In this document: one piece after another, positions 32,022 through 41,943 of the stretch
Layout: every line of letters begins with the position of its first letter
How positions within the stretch are numbered: position 1 is the stretch's first letter
IMG/VR virus record: IMGVR_UViG_3300027749_000082
Span: 18,118-82,117 of that record
Source: a virus
DNA: 64,000 nt
Direction: 5' to 3' (one strand)
The notes under the pieces: generated by a model
What the model saw: the letters and a program-made list of their open reading frames with translations, nothing else
Told to the model about the DNA's origin: nothing
Databases searched by the model: none
Made by a program: the position numbers and the translations under genes

Positions 32022-32051
32022 AAAAAAAAGCCGGTTGTTTCCAACCGGCTT
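32022..32051 (-). terminator. Rho-independent terminator after the sheath gene
   Basis: AAGCCGGTTG-GAAA-CAACCGGCTT followed by a T-run on the minus strand. Confidence 0.85.
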
Positions 32052-32072
32052 AATTATTTTAACTACTTTTTA

Positions 32073-34505
32073 TTAACCACCAATTAACTCTTGGAAGTTG
32101 GTATCGGTGCGAGTTGCGTAAAAATTTATTAAGATAAATTCAGCAGACTTAACAGGCTTTAAGTAAATATCTACTACTAATTCATTGTTATCGATAACAT
32201 CACCAGTGTTGTTACGGCTATCACATACAATAAGGTAATCATAAAGACCATCTGATTGTTTAACTCTCTCAAAGAAAGGTGTAAGTGTATTAACGACACG
32301 AGTTCTTGTGAATAGTGTATTATTCTCAAATAAGAAGTATCTCATTACGTCTCTCGTAGCTTTTTCTAAGTATAAGAAGCTTCTACGAACGTTAATTCTA
32401 TCGAAAGCACTTGGCTTTTTAAGAAGTGTCTTTTGACCGTATACAACAATACCTTGATCAGGTACACGTGTTACAGGATTAAAGTTAAACTTATAGAACT
32501 CATCACGCTGTCTTTGGTTAGGTGAAAGAGCAACATCAAGCGCATCATTAATTACACCGCGTGAATAACCAGCAGGCGCTGCCCATGGTCCTTGATCTGT
32601 ATCTGTTGATGCCATTCTCGCTGCTGCAAATCCTGAAGAAGGTACATAAATGTATAAGCCACTATATGCATCATATACTTTCATATAATTTGCAAATACA
32701 CCTGCATACGACGTATTAGTATTTTCAAATTGATGTCTAAGAGGCCAGTAAATGTGTTGTGAGAAGTTAAGACCAGGTATATTAATAACCTTTGTATCTT
32801 TACCTGTTACAAATATTTGACGAATAGGGTCAGCGATAAAGAATATATCACCTCTACCACCATCTTTTACTGGTCCGCAGAATGTATTAAATTGATTAAA
32901 GATTGTAGTGTAACTATCTCTTGCATTTGTAATAGTTAGATCATTTGATGTTCTAAGAGCTTCAATATCAGGAGCAGTCTTTGTATCATCAAAGTAAGTG
33001 AGACCAGTAGCACAAACTGTTGTCCATATAGTACCAAGACCACCTTCTGCTATAATATCGATATTAAAAAGCTGATCATTTCTAACACGCTCTAAAGCAC
33101 GACTAATCTTATCTGGTATATTACCAACACTCTTTGAGCTAATCTTAACAGCACCGTAAGCACCAAGCGGGAATAACGCATCACCGTAGCCAATTCCTGT
33201 AGCTGCTTGGAACTGCGCATATGTAACGCCGAAAGGAGCGTATGCTGCTTGTGCAGTTGAGAGTGCTGATGCAGAAAGACCAGATACAAGTAAGGTAGCA
33301 GTATATGTATTATTAATTGCTGATAATGAATTAACTAATTGTGTTGAAATAACACGTACCTTCTTTGACGGTGTACCATCTGGATTGAGTTGTATACCAT
33401 TGAAGTAATCGGAAATATATGGATTAACTAATAATTCAAGATTTCTCGAACCATTCTCAACATTTTCAAGGAAAAAGTTAACCGGCTTGCCACCGTTTTC
33501 ACTATTAATTTGTCTAGCATAGCCAATTGAACCATTATAACCTTCTTCGATAATATAATCTAAAGTTGTTGAATCATTAGCAAATACTGATTGTCTTAAT
33601 TTAAAGATACCAACATTAAGTGTATCGTCAAAGAATCTTGTACCAATATCATAATTAGTAATTTTTTCTTCCATCACTTGCGATACTGTATTAGTAGCAG
33701 GATTATTTCCATAAGCAGGTGTTGCTGTTAAGGAGAAAGCTAATCGGGATTTCGGAATACTATTATAAGCTGTAAGACCAGAAGTACCAGCAGACTGTGT
33801 AACAGTATAAGCAGTTTGAATACTATCATAATTAGAAGCAGGGTTAATATTTGTATTATCTGCTAAACCAACATAATAACCTTGATACTTACCGTCAATT
33901 GTTGTTTGTCCAGAATTGATTGCTATTACAGCAGCACCTGAAAGACTCTGTAGAGAGTTGAATGTTGTTAGTGCACTATTACTCCATTGCGAGAATAACG
34001 TACCGTTAACAAGGTTTGTGTAATCTGTTTGTGAGATATTAAACTGCGTTGGTTGTCCAAGCAAATATGTAGCACCTGATGCTCCTAAATAAGTAGTAGA
34101 AATATTAGTTGCAGATAATGTACCTGTACCGGAGAGTGGTGTGTTAGCACCAATACCTGATATAGCATTTGCAGCTACGATAGCTGGGTAAGCGAGAACA
34201 GATATAGAAGAACCAAATCCTTCACCTGTACCGTCACCATAAGGTAATCTGTTAATAAGTACATTAGCAGATGAATTAAGTGTTGCTTTTACAGTATGAT
34301 AGCAATATCTTTCTGCTGGTGTCTTTGGATTTCCGTAAATAGATTCAAATTCTGAAATGCTTCCTACGCTTAAAACCTCATCTGTTGGACCTTGATCTGT
34401 ATAACCTGTAATATAAACGGTTGTGCCGGCAGGTGTTGGTACTCTTAGAGATAAATCATTTTCCCTAATTTCAACACCTGGTGATTGGATTGTTCTTTTC
34501 GCCAT
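32073..34505 (-). CDS. Tail sheath protein, T4 gp18-like
   Basis: SPGVEIREND, PW.APAGYSRG, YGQKTL...SAFDRINVRR.F, FENNT.FTR, KPVKSAEFILINF. Confidence 0.96.
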   Translation of the reverse strand: MAKRTIQSPGVEIRENDLSLRVPTPAGTTVYITGYTDQGPTDEVLSVGSISEFESIYGNPKTPAERYCYHTVKATLNSSANVLINRLPYGDGTGEGFGSSISVLAYPAIVAANAISGIGANTPLSGTGTLSATNISTTYLGASGATYLLGQPTQFNISQTDYTNLVNGTLFSQWSNSALTTFNSLQSLSGAAVIAINSGQTTIDGKYQGYYVGLADNTNINPASNYDSIQTAYTVTQSAGTSGLTAYNSIPKSRLAFSLTATPAYGNNPATNTVSQVMEEKITNYDIGTRFFDDTLNVGIFKLRQSVFANDSTTLDYIIEEGYNGSIGYARQINSENGGKPVNFFLENVENGSRNLELLVNPYISDYFNGIQLNPDGTPSKKVRVISTQLVNSLSAINNTYTATLLVSGLSASALSTAQAAYAPFGVTYAQFQAATGIGYGDALFPLGAYGAVKISSKSVGNIPDKISRALERVRNDQLFNIDIIAEGGLGTIWTTVCATGLTYFDDTKTAPDIEALRTSNDLTITNARDSYTTIFNQFNTFCGPVKDGGRGDIFFIADPIRQIFVTGKDTKVINIPGLNFSQHIYWPLRHQFENTNTSYAGVFANYMKVYDAYSGLYIYVPSSGFAAARMASTDTDQGPWAAPAGYSRGVINDALDVALSPNQRQRDEFYKFNFNPVTRVPDQGIVVYGQKTLLKKPSAFDRINVRRSFLYLEKATRDVMRYFLFENNTLFTRTRVVNTLTPFFERVKQSDGLYDYLIVCDSRNNTGDVIDNNELVVDIYLKPVKSAEFILINFYATRTDTNFQELIGG

Positions 34506-34510
34506 ATAAG

Positions 34511-34518
34511 TATTTATA
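34511..34518 (-). promoter_or_regulatory. T4-type late promoter TATAAATA (sheath gene)
   Basis: Exact TATAAATA on the minus strand, 5 nt before the ATG. Confidence 0.8.
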
Positions 34519-34536
34519 CTTTTTAAGTATAAATTT

Positions 34537-35112
34537 TCAGCTTAAAAGCGATGTATGCAGCTGAGAGTAAACAAAGGTAAAGGATGATTCGATTTCTCCA
34601 TCTTCTCTATAGTTATAATTAATACCTCCTAAATCAGTAGGAAAAGCTTTAGTGTAAATAAATTTAATTTTTTCGTTATTATACTCATCAAGCCCGTATA
34701 TTGTTAGGTCTGTTTGATAATCCTTAAATCTGTCATCTTGAACAAGACCTGAACTATCATATACACCTGTATATTCGTCGTGAAGTAAATTAATCCATTT
34801 ATAAATCGTCCAATAATTATTATATTGGTTATCTATTGTAAAATTAACCGTTACCGGGGGGTAAGGATTTTTACTGTGTGTAGAATTATAAAGAGTACTA
34901 CCAGAATATCTTATTTCTAACGCTGGTACAGTAATTGCAGGTACAACAGTTCCATATATAGAAAGCTGCATTGAATCTTGTATAACAGTAGCGTTATTAC
35001 GTTCATCGTGCTTATTAATTTTCTTTAGTGCATTAGGCAACTGAAAGACAAGTCTAAACTTATCAACATGTGACTTATTAAGAACTGATTGTGTATATTG
35101 ATTAGTGGCCAT
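34537..35112 (-). CDS. Tail completion / sheath stabiliser, T4 gp3-like (start revised to ATG 35112)
   Basis: KFRLV, VPAITV, VNFTIDNQYNNY..IYKWI, KAFPTDLGGINY motifs. Confidence 0.75.
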   Translation of the reverse strand: MATNQYTQSVLNKSHVDKFRLVFQLPNALKKINKHDERNNATVIQDSMQLSIYGTVVPAITVPALEIRYSGSTLYNSTHSKNPYPPVTVNFTIDNQYNNYWTIYKWINLLHDEYTGVYDSSGLVQDDRFKDYQTDLTIYGLDEYNNEKIKFIYTKAFPTDLGGINYNYREDGEIESSFTFVYSQLHTSLLS

Positions 35113-36808
35113 ATGGTTTCCATCCTTCCGCTGCCATTGATTCCATTTCTGAGAGTTGTTCTGTATATCCCATACCGAAAACAATAGGCGTCATGTATGG
35201 ATTATTTAATCCTACTACTTCAAAATCATTGTATATAGATGTAGCATTCTCAAATGTAGCTACACCGAAATCCATTGCTTCTATAACCATAGGTTTTCCA
35301 TGATCATCTAGTTCAAGTATATCGAAGTATCTCTCTGTTATTTCTTTCTCTAATATAAAAAGCGCATATAAAAGAGACATAACTCTATCATCATTAAATC
35401 CTCCTTTAGCTTTCCATGTGCCATTAGGATATCTAACGAAATCTCGCATCTCTTTAAGTGTCTGAATATCTTGTAAAGTAACAGAGCGTGTTTCGTTAAT
35501 AAAGTATCGCATATTCATAACACCTTTATATTTGGTGTTAGTATGAGCAATCATACCCATCTGTGGTCTACCACGAAGTGCTGCTTTAGCACCATACGAT
35601 ACAACCTTCTCGTAACCTACATCAAATGCAAGTCTATCAACAACTTGTGCACCGCAGTTATTACGTTCAATAAGAGCTAGAGGAGATCCCCAGTTTAAAA
35701 GTATTGTGTGTAGTTTATTTGAAAATTCTAGTGGTGGTATATTTCTATTATGATATACAGCAACCTGCTTAATATCTCTTGTATCTGTTATATCTAATAT
35801 CTGTATAACAGAAGCATCTGCTCCTACTCCTTCAGATATATCAACACCAGCAACATATATTTTTGAAGGGTCCGGTTCTTCCCAGATCTTATAGTTACCA
35901 TCATCTAATATAATCTTCGCTTCTGTACACTTTCTTGACATTTCTTCAAAAAGCTCTTCATCAATAGAAGATTCACCAGAGTTAATAAATTCACAGCAAA
36001 ATTCTTGAAGCCAAGCCTCTGTAGAGCCAAGAGCTTGTCTAGTAATAGAAGCCCACTTTTCATCTCTACCTGGAACCTCGTCCCACATGATTCTATCATG
36101 ACCCCACCCGTTTTCACCTTTTTCAGCACCATCATATATTTTATGAAACAGATTACCTGTACCATTAGCGGTAGAACATATAAACACTTTAGATTTTTTA
36201 GATGATGTAATAATAGGGAATACTGATTTCCAAAACTCCTCTACTAAATGAGACTCAATGAAGGCACACTCATCAATGATCAACAAATTTACCGATTGAC
36301 CCCGAGCAGCTGTACCAGTTGTAGTTGTAATACCAATACGGCTACCATTATCTAGTGTCATCGATGTCTTACCATACTCCTTAACACCTGGCTTTAACCA
36401 TATAGGTAATTCCTCAAATGCCATTCTAACACGTTGAAAGATTTCAATAGCAGTTGCTTCTTTGTTAGCTACTAGAAGAATACGCTGATCATCCATAAAG
36501 CATGCATACCATAACATATAAATTGTCATTAGTGTAGACTTACCGATTTGTCGAGATGCTAATAAAATAAAGAATCTATTATCTCTCATTTTTCGCATTA
36601 CACGTTTTTGACATGGGTGTAATCCAATCTTTTCGCGACCCCTATCTAGATTAATAATATGGAAGTAATTTTCAGCAAAGTGTAATATGTTTTCTTTACA
36701 CTTTTTTATCTCTTTTACCATCCATGGTTCATACGCTATTTGCGCATCTGCAGCTGGTAAGTTAGGGTTTCCAAGATAAAACTCTGTTTTATTAGCTTTT
36801 TTAGACAT
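35102..36808 (-). CDS. terL: Terminase large subunit, T4 gp17-like
   Basis: YLGNPNL, SRQIGKST (Walker A), IIDECAF (Walker B), STANG, QEFCCEF, GVDISEGVGAD, NDDRVM. Confidence 0.97.
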   Translation of the reverse strand: MSKKANKTEFYLGNPNLPAADAQIAYEPWMVKEIKKCKENILHFAENYFHIINLDRGREKIGLHPCQKRVMRKMRDNRFFILLASRQIGKSTLMTIYMLWYACFMDDQRILLVANKEATAIEIFQRVRMAFEELPIWLKPGVKEYGKTSMTLDNGSRIGITTTTGTAARGQSVNLLIIDECAFIESHLVEEFWKSVFPIITSSKKSKVFICSTANGTGNLFHKIYDGAEKGENGWGHDRIMWDEVPGRDEKWASITRQALGSTEAWLQEFCCEFINSGESSIDEELFEEMSRKCTEAKIILDDGNYKIWEEPDPSKIYVAGVDISEGVGADASVIQILDITDTRDIKQVAVYHNRNIPPLEFSNKLHTILLNWGSPLALIERNNCGAQVVDRLAFDVGYEKVVSYGAKAALRGRPQMGMIAHTNTKYKGVMNMRYFINETRSVTLQDIQTLKEMRDFVRYPNGTWKAKGGFNDDRVMSLLYALFILEKEITERYFDILELDDHGKPMVIEAMDFGVATFENATSIYNDFEVVGLNNPYMTPIVFGMGYTEQLSEMESMAAEGWKPYGH

Positions 36809-36813
36809 ACTAC

Positions 36814-36821
36814 TATAAATA
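36814..36821 (+). promoter_or_regulatory. T4-type late promoter TATAAATA
   Basis: Exact motif 5 nt before ATG 36827. Confidence 0.8.
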
Positions 36822-36826
36822 TATAT

Positions 36827-37810
36827 ATGTCAAGATCAAAAAACGACTTCGCATCCATCGGAAATTTATATGGTGGTATGTTAAATGGTATCAAGAGTCA
36901 GCTCGTAGCTGAAGGAAAAATTGGACCTGCTGTTAAAACAGCTAAAACTAACCCAACTATTAAACCTGGTGAAATCGGCGATGTCGCACTTGCTCCAGAT
37001 AGAGGGCCTCGTACCACTGCTGGTTATTTACCAGCTAAGGTTGATAAAAAGACAATGTCTAAAAAAGACATTGATGATAACCTCTATAAAATCGATGATC
37101 TTTCATATGATGAGGATGAAGAGACAAAGAAAAAAACTAAAAAAACTGCTTTAAAGAAAGCTAATGTAGTTAAGGCTAAAAAAATGTCCGAAGAAGATGA
37201 AGAAGAACTTGTAAAAGAAAGTGGAAAAATCGCTAAGGAGAGACTAAATAACTTTATGAGAAGAAAATCGATTTTTGATAAACTTTACGAAAACGTTATG
37301 CAACCGGACGGCCGCCCTGAAGGCGGAGAGATGGATGATTCACAGGAACTTGATGCTCTCGGCATTGACGGTGAAGGTGACGAAATGGGTGGTGAGGATG
37401 AAGTAACCTTTACACTTGACCGTGCTACTGCTGAAAAGCTTCTTGATGTTATCGGTGCTGCTATGGGCCAAGGACACGAAGAAGGTGAAGCAGAAAATGA
37501 ATACGGTGGTGAAGAAGATTCTGGCGAATTCGGCGGTGAAGAAGACGAAGAAGGCTTCTGGGACGAAGACGAAGAAGAACTTGCAGGTGCCAAGGAATTC
37601 ACAAAGGAAGTTAACTTCGGTAAAAACAACAAGGTCAGTAATCTTAAGGTTCAAAACCAATATGTAACAGGTAGTTATACAGACAAGACGGGTGTAAGTG
37701 ATGAATATGGTCACTCACTCATTAACGCTAAGCAAGTTGGTATGGGCAAAGATCCTAAAGTCAAATCAGTACTTAAAAGCGCTGGTGGTAAGAAAGTGTT
37801 TGAAGTCTAA
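36827..37810 (+). CDS. Highly charged late protein (possible prohead core / internal head protein)
   Basis: Lys-rich and Glu/Asp/Gly-rich low-complexity blocks; has its own late promoter and terminator. Confidence 0.5.
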   Translation: MSRSKNDFASIGNLYGGMLNGIKSQLVAEGKIGPAVKTAKTNPTIKPGEIGDVALAPDRGPRTTAGYLPAKVDKKTMSKKDIDDNLYKIDDLSYDEDEETKKKTKKTALKKANVVKAKKMSEEDEEELVKESGKIAKERLNNFMRRKSIFDKLYENVMQPDGRPEGGEMDDSQELDALGIDGEGDEMGGEDEVTFTLDRATAEKLLDVIGAAMGQGHEEGEAENEYGGEEDSGEFGGEEDEEGFWDEDEEELAGAKEFTKEVNFGKNNKVSNLKVQNQYVTGSYTDKTGVSDEYGHSLINAKQVGMGKDPKVKSVLKSAGGKKVFEV

Positions 37811-37830
37811 TTTTTAACTAAAAATTTAAT

Positions 37831-37865
37831 AAAGCCCTGTAGTTTCTCACTACAGGGCTTTTTTT
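37831..37865 (+). terminator. Rho-independent terminator
   Basis: AAAGCCCTGTAG-TTTCTCA-CTACAGGGCTTT followed by TTTT. Confidence 0.88.
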
Positions 37866-37866
37866 G

Positions 37867-37874
37867 TATAAATA
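37867..37874 (+). promoter_or_regulatory. T4-type late promoter TATAAATA
   Basis: Exact motif 5 nt before ATG 37880. Confidence 0.8.
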
Positions 37875-37879
37875 ATAAT

Positions 37880-38263
37880 ATGGTAACGTTTAGTGACTAC
37901 TTACTCGAATACACCAAGAATAAAGAAAAATCTTTATTCTTCGGTATAGCAAAAATGAAACATGGCAACAACGGTAAGGACTGGAATAGAGCTCATGAGA
38001 GAAAACACATTAATACTGTTACTAAAGAGTACAACCATAAGCACCCTATTATAAACAGTATATGCCAAGGTAAAGCAGATAATGTACCTATTACAGGTGT
38101 AAATCTTAATAATATATTAAAGCTTTATAGTATGATATTTGAACCAGGTCTTAAGACTATAGGTAACTCAGATGTTGAAATAGAGATGTTTGAGGATGAA
38201 GAAGGCAGACAACACGGTAGATTGAGAAATAAGAAAAAGAAAACTTTACCGTATGGCTTGTAA
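37880..38263 (+). CDS. Hypothetical late protein with capsid-targeting-like N-terminus
   Basis: MVTFSDYLLE resembles the T4 internal-protein leader MKTYQEFIAE. Confidence 0.5.
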   Translation: MVTFSDYLLEYTKNKEKSLFFGIAKMKHGNNGKDWNRAHERKHINTVTKEYNHKHPIINSICQGKADNVPITGVNLNNILKLYSMIFEPGLKTIGNSDVEIEMFEDEEGRQHGRLRNKKKKTLPYGL

Positions 38264-39140
38264 CCCTAATCAAATTAACTGTAATAGTAATAGTCCTGGA
38301 ATGGATTGGTATAACGCTGCTGCAGAATCACCAGAGTGTAGTCAATTCTTTGATCCATCTAACTTTCAAGCTGAACAGGTAATATATGATGCTGCTTATC
38401 AGGATATGATCAATAGCTTTGGTATACCTATAGATTACTATATTAATACATTTAATTTATCAGCTGCAGATACACTTTATGGTGAGCAACCTACAGCTAT
38501 ATTTTACGGTCCCGTTTCTTTACAAATGTATGTAGAGCTTACTGAACCTGCAGTTAATCTTTCTAAATTTGGTTTTGCTTCTGATGATGAGATGACCGGA
38601 TTTCTACATATACAAACGTTTATGGATGCAGTATCTGGAAAACGGTTCTATATACGTACATCAACAGGTAATATACTATCAATTAACGAATATTTCTCAC
38701 AAAATAAAAGAGCGGTAGGTATAAATGATACACTAATGAGTCAGTTCACAACTAATGGTCAAGTACTTGAACCAAAGTCAGGTGATCTTATACAGTTATC
38801 ACCTTTGGGTTGTGATAGACCAAATGGTCGTGGTGCTAAGATATTTGAAGTGACAGAAAGAGTAGATCAAGATGTTGCTTCTTTAAATCCTCTTATGGGA
38901 CACTATGTTTATAGATTAAGAGCTAAACGTTACGAATATTCATTCGAACCTGGCGCTCCACAAGAACAACAGAATCAACAGGTATTTGAGAATGCGTTCT
39001 CTGGTAAAAAATCTTCTACTATAACAGGTCAAGTATCATCAGCTCCTAAATCGTATCCAGGCGATGTAGATACGGAGTCACAGACAAAAGTGTTTGATAT
39101 GACTGCTAATGAGACAGATATATACGGTACGTATTATTAA
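38253..39140 (+). CDS. Neck (head closure) protein, T4 gp14-like, copy A
   Basis: EQ...G.PIDYY...DTLYGE...QMYVE...LSKFG..DDE...PKSGDLI...IFEV...YVYRLRAKRYEYS matches the gp14 pattern. Confidence 0.75.
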   Translation: MACNPNQINCNSNSPGMDWYNAAAESPECSQFFDPSNFQAEQVIYDAAYQDMINSFGIPIDYYINTFNLSAADTLYGEQPTAIFYGPVSLQMYVELTEPAVNLSKFGFASDDEMTGFLHIQTFMDAVSGKRFYIRTSTGNILSINEYFSQNKRAVGINDTLMSQFTTNGQVLEPKSGDLIQLSPLGCDRPNGRGAKIFEVTERVDQDVASLNPLMGHYVYRLRAKRYEYSFEPGAPQEQQNQQVFENAFSGKKSSTITGQVSSAPKSYPGDVDTESQTKVFDMTANETDIYGTYY

Positions 39141-41104
39141 TTGTATAAATTACCATATACATCTAAATCTGCTTGTGTAATTAGATTTAATGGTATATAT
39201 GTACCAGCTATTGTGTTTATAGCGGTTTGTATAGCATCTGAGTAATATGATATTGATGGACCACCATATGTATACCAAAATGTCATTAATAATACAGGCT
39301 TTTTATTTATAAAGCATATATTAGGATGTCCACTATCCCCAGCTCGTGCATTCTTAAATGATAATACAGCACCTTCATTTGAGGAAAATACAGTATTGTT
39401 ATAAGTCCAAGTAGGATCTGCTGTCCAAAAAGATGTACTATACGAACCTGGGGTAATATCTTGATCTTGCGAGATCCTATAACCATGAATCCACGGCGGT
39501 ATTTTTGTAGCTGAATTAGCACAAATTAATGAGTTAGGTAGTATATAAAACCCCGGGAAAGCTGAAACAGGAAGTGCAGGACTAAGTTCGTATAATGCTA
39601 TATCACCACTATTAGCTATAAGTGTTTTACTTATAATATTTGTATTATATATTTTAGAGGGATTATTAAAATCTCTAAAATATACAGCCCGTGGTAGTGG
39701 TGTGCCGGGAGAACCTGGATCTAAGTGATTTGCTGTAATAGCAAATCTCGGATGTATTATATTTGTAGCGTAATCATTTCCTGCAAATCCGTTATAATTA
39801 TTTAGCACCGATAAAGGCCACGTGTACATACTATTTGTATTCATACCAAAAGCAGTATTTAATGCTCCATAATAAGAGTTTTGAAATGTACCATCACTAA
39901 GTGGTATATAAAAAGAATAGGGTTGTCTTTTACCTGAAAGAGGATCTGTAACAGTTTTATATTGTTCCATTAAAAGCGTGTTAGACTTTGTGGGTATAAT
40001 ATCATATAGAGGAATTGAGGTAATATTATATGCAGATAAGAGTTTAAACACTATTTCTGCAGGAAAAGGATTATTAGTAAACTTCCAAGTTGTAGGGTGA
40101 CATACTCCACTTGAATTTATATTCGAGGTTAAAACATTTACCTGTGTTGTACTTAATGCATTAATAAAATTAAAATTACTGACAGTAGAACCACTTAGAT
40201 TTGTTAATATTGTTGATTTATTAAGATTAGTAAAATCTATATAAGAGGTGCTTAATGGTATATTTGATGAATTAAAATAATAATAGTCGCCAACTGTTTG
40301 GTTAGCAGAAATTGTAGGATATATATTAGTTGAGGAAAGAGATAAAGTTGTTATTTTAAGACCTGTTAGTGTATTAGATGTTAGAGTTAAATTAAATGTT
40401 GTTAATACTGATACATTCTGATTAAATGTAAAATTTAAACTAAGATAAGGGCATCTATTATAAGGATATCGCGCATTACTACTACTCGTGGGTATATTAA
40501 AAGTTGTATTAAATTGCTTGATAGGGTCACTTATGTTAAAATATATAACATTAGCTTGTGTTGAGTAATTTGTCCAGCTAGTATCTAGATTATATGTAAT
40601 ATAGCAATTTACGGATGTTAATAGAGGATTATTAGCAAATGTAATGCTTGGCCGAAAATAAGTAGTATCACGGGGAAAACCTTTAAGATAATACCCAACA
40701 CCCCAAAACATGTAACTACTTAAAGATATATCTGTTAAAACATTATTACCTGTAACAGCAATATTATTTGTCCCTAAAAAAGGCATCAAAATAGTATAAT
40801 TACTATTTTGTATAGAATCATAGTATGTACTAACTACAGGTACAATTGTGGTATCTGGAAAACTAAAATTAATAGTTTTAAATTGACTATCTCTAATTTT
40901 AATTATTTTAAGTGCATCCTTATAGTTGTAGAATCTTTCTACTACATTCCAATTACCAGATAACCCTCCACCCATATTAATATATGTGGAACAAGATTGA
41001 CCTAGATCGATCGCCCAAAAATCCGATCGTAGATAGTTAAGTGTATACGTATTTGGTATAATAACGTTAGATAAATAAAAGGAAGTAGTTAAAAAATTAT
41101 ACAT
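39137..41104 (-). CDS. Virion appendage protein with C-terminal trypsin-like serine protease (start probably ATG 41104)
   Basis: Catalytic triad motifs ITANH, GDIALYEL and AGDSGHP; S/T/N-rich N-terminal region. Confidence 0.7.
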   Translation of the reverse strand: MYNFLTTSFYLSNVIIPNTYTLNYLRSDFWAIDLGQSCSTYINMGGGLSGNWNVVERFYNYKDALKIIKIRDSQFKTINFSFPDTTIVPVVSTYYDSIQNSNYTILMPFLGTNNIAVTGNNVLTDISLSSYMFWGVGYYLKGFPRDTTYFRPSITFANNPLLTSVNCYITYNLDTSWTNYSTQANVIYFNISDPIKQFNTTFNIPTSSSNARYPYNRCPYLSLNFTFNQNVSVLTTFNLTLTSNTLTGLKITTLSLSSTNIYPTISANQTVGDYYYFNSSNIPLSTSYIDFTNLNKSTILTNLSGSTVSNFNFINALSTTQVNVLTSNINSSGVCHPTTWKFTNNPFPAEIVFKLLSAYNITSIPLYDIIPTKSNTLLMEQYKTVTDPLSGKRQPYSFYIPLSDGTFQNSYYGALNTAFGMNTNSMYTWPLSVLNNYNGFAGNDYATNIIHPRFAITANHLDPGSPGTPLPRAVYFRDFNNPSKIYNTNIISKTLIANSGDIALYELSPALPVSAFPGFYILPNSLICANSATKIPPWIHGYRISQDQDITPGSYSTSFWTADPTWTYNNTVFSSNEGAVLSFKNARAGDSGHPNICFINKKPVLLMTFWYTYGGPSISYYSDAIQTAINTIAGTYIPLNLITQADLDVYGNLYN

Positions 41105-41109
41105 AATTA

Positions 41110-41424
41110 TTAAAAGGGTGTACCGTACGTTCTGCCGTAATACCATGTATTAAAGGCTGTATCTACCGGTACGAATTCAAAAGCGCTTAATAGAGGTACT
41201 ACAGATTCATTTACACCTATAATAGTACCAGTTCCACCAGCAAAGGTTATTTCCTGTAAAATTTGTTCTGCGTAGACTATCGATACTACAGGTCTATTAG
41301 GAGTATTACCTAGGTAGTTATCTTTACCAGAAGCTGCTATATAGACTGCAGTTCTACTAGCAAATGTCCTAGCGTCAGGACCATCCGCATCAATCGTAGC
41401 ATTTCGTACACCGTATGATATCAT
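41110..41424 (-). CDS. Hypothetical protein
   Basis: 104-aa ORF translationally coupled within the cassette. Confidence 0.6.
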   Translation of the reverse strand: MISYGVRNATIDADGPDARTFASRTAVYIAASGKDNYLGNTPNRPVVSIVYAEQILQEITFAGGTGTIIGVNESVVPLLSAFEFVPVDTAFNTWYYGRTYGTPF

Positions 41425-41867
41425 TGAAGTAATCCTGTTAAGAGAAACACACTATCACCTACTCTACCAATAGATGCTACTGCACCAACACCTGCTGTTG
41501 TATATAAGGAGTTATACGAAACTAGTCTAGCATTATAACCTGAAGATAGATTAATTGTTATTGTACCTGTGCTTAGTTGTGCTACTGTTGTATTTGCACC
41601 AACTGTATTTAAAGCGCTATCAATCCATGCAGTTATATTCTGTGTACCACTATATATTAACATCTTTGCGTTATAGTCTACATGAGATATTATAAAACTA
41701 TTGGAAGCGCTTATTGTGTTTAGATATGTACCATTTAAATTAACAAGAAAGCTAGAAAGCGTATTGACTGTTGCACGCTTTGTTTCTACTTCGTTATCCA
41801 CTATAAGATAATCAGTTCCAAGTACTGTAGTAGCAGTATTAAGTTGTGATATTAATTGGTCATCCAT
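41421..41867 (-). CDS. Short fibre/decoration protein with ISQL N-terminal module (start revised to 41867)
   Basis: MDDQLISQLNTATTVLGTDYLIVDN...TKR is homologous to the N-terminus of 44920..46524. TATAAATA 5 nt upstream. Confidence 0.6.
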   Translation of the reverse strand: MDDQLISQLNTATTVLGTDYLIVDNEVETKRATVNTLSSFLVNLNGTYLNTISASNSFIISHVDYNAKMLIYSGTQNITAWIDSALNTVGANTTVAQLSTGTITINLSSGYNARLVSYNSLYTTAGVGAVASIGRVGDSVFLLTGLLQ

Positions 41868-41943
41868 ACATATATTTATAATAACACACACGTAGTGGTG
41901 TAGCTTTAAGCTAATATCATTGATACTATTAAATAATATAGTA

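Noticed and set aside
35102-36808. Intron or intein in the terminase
   Set aside because: The ORF is continuous and of normal gp17 length, with no intein motifs.
37285-37714. Minus-strand Ser-rich and Phe-rich ORFs
   Set aside because: Shadows of the GAA/GAC-rich acidic gene 36827-37810.
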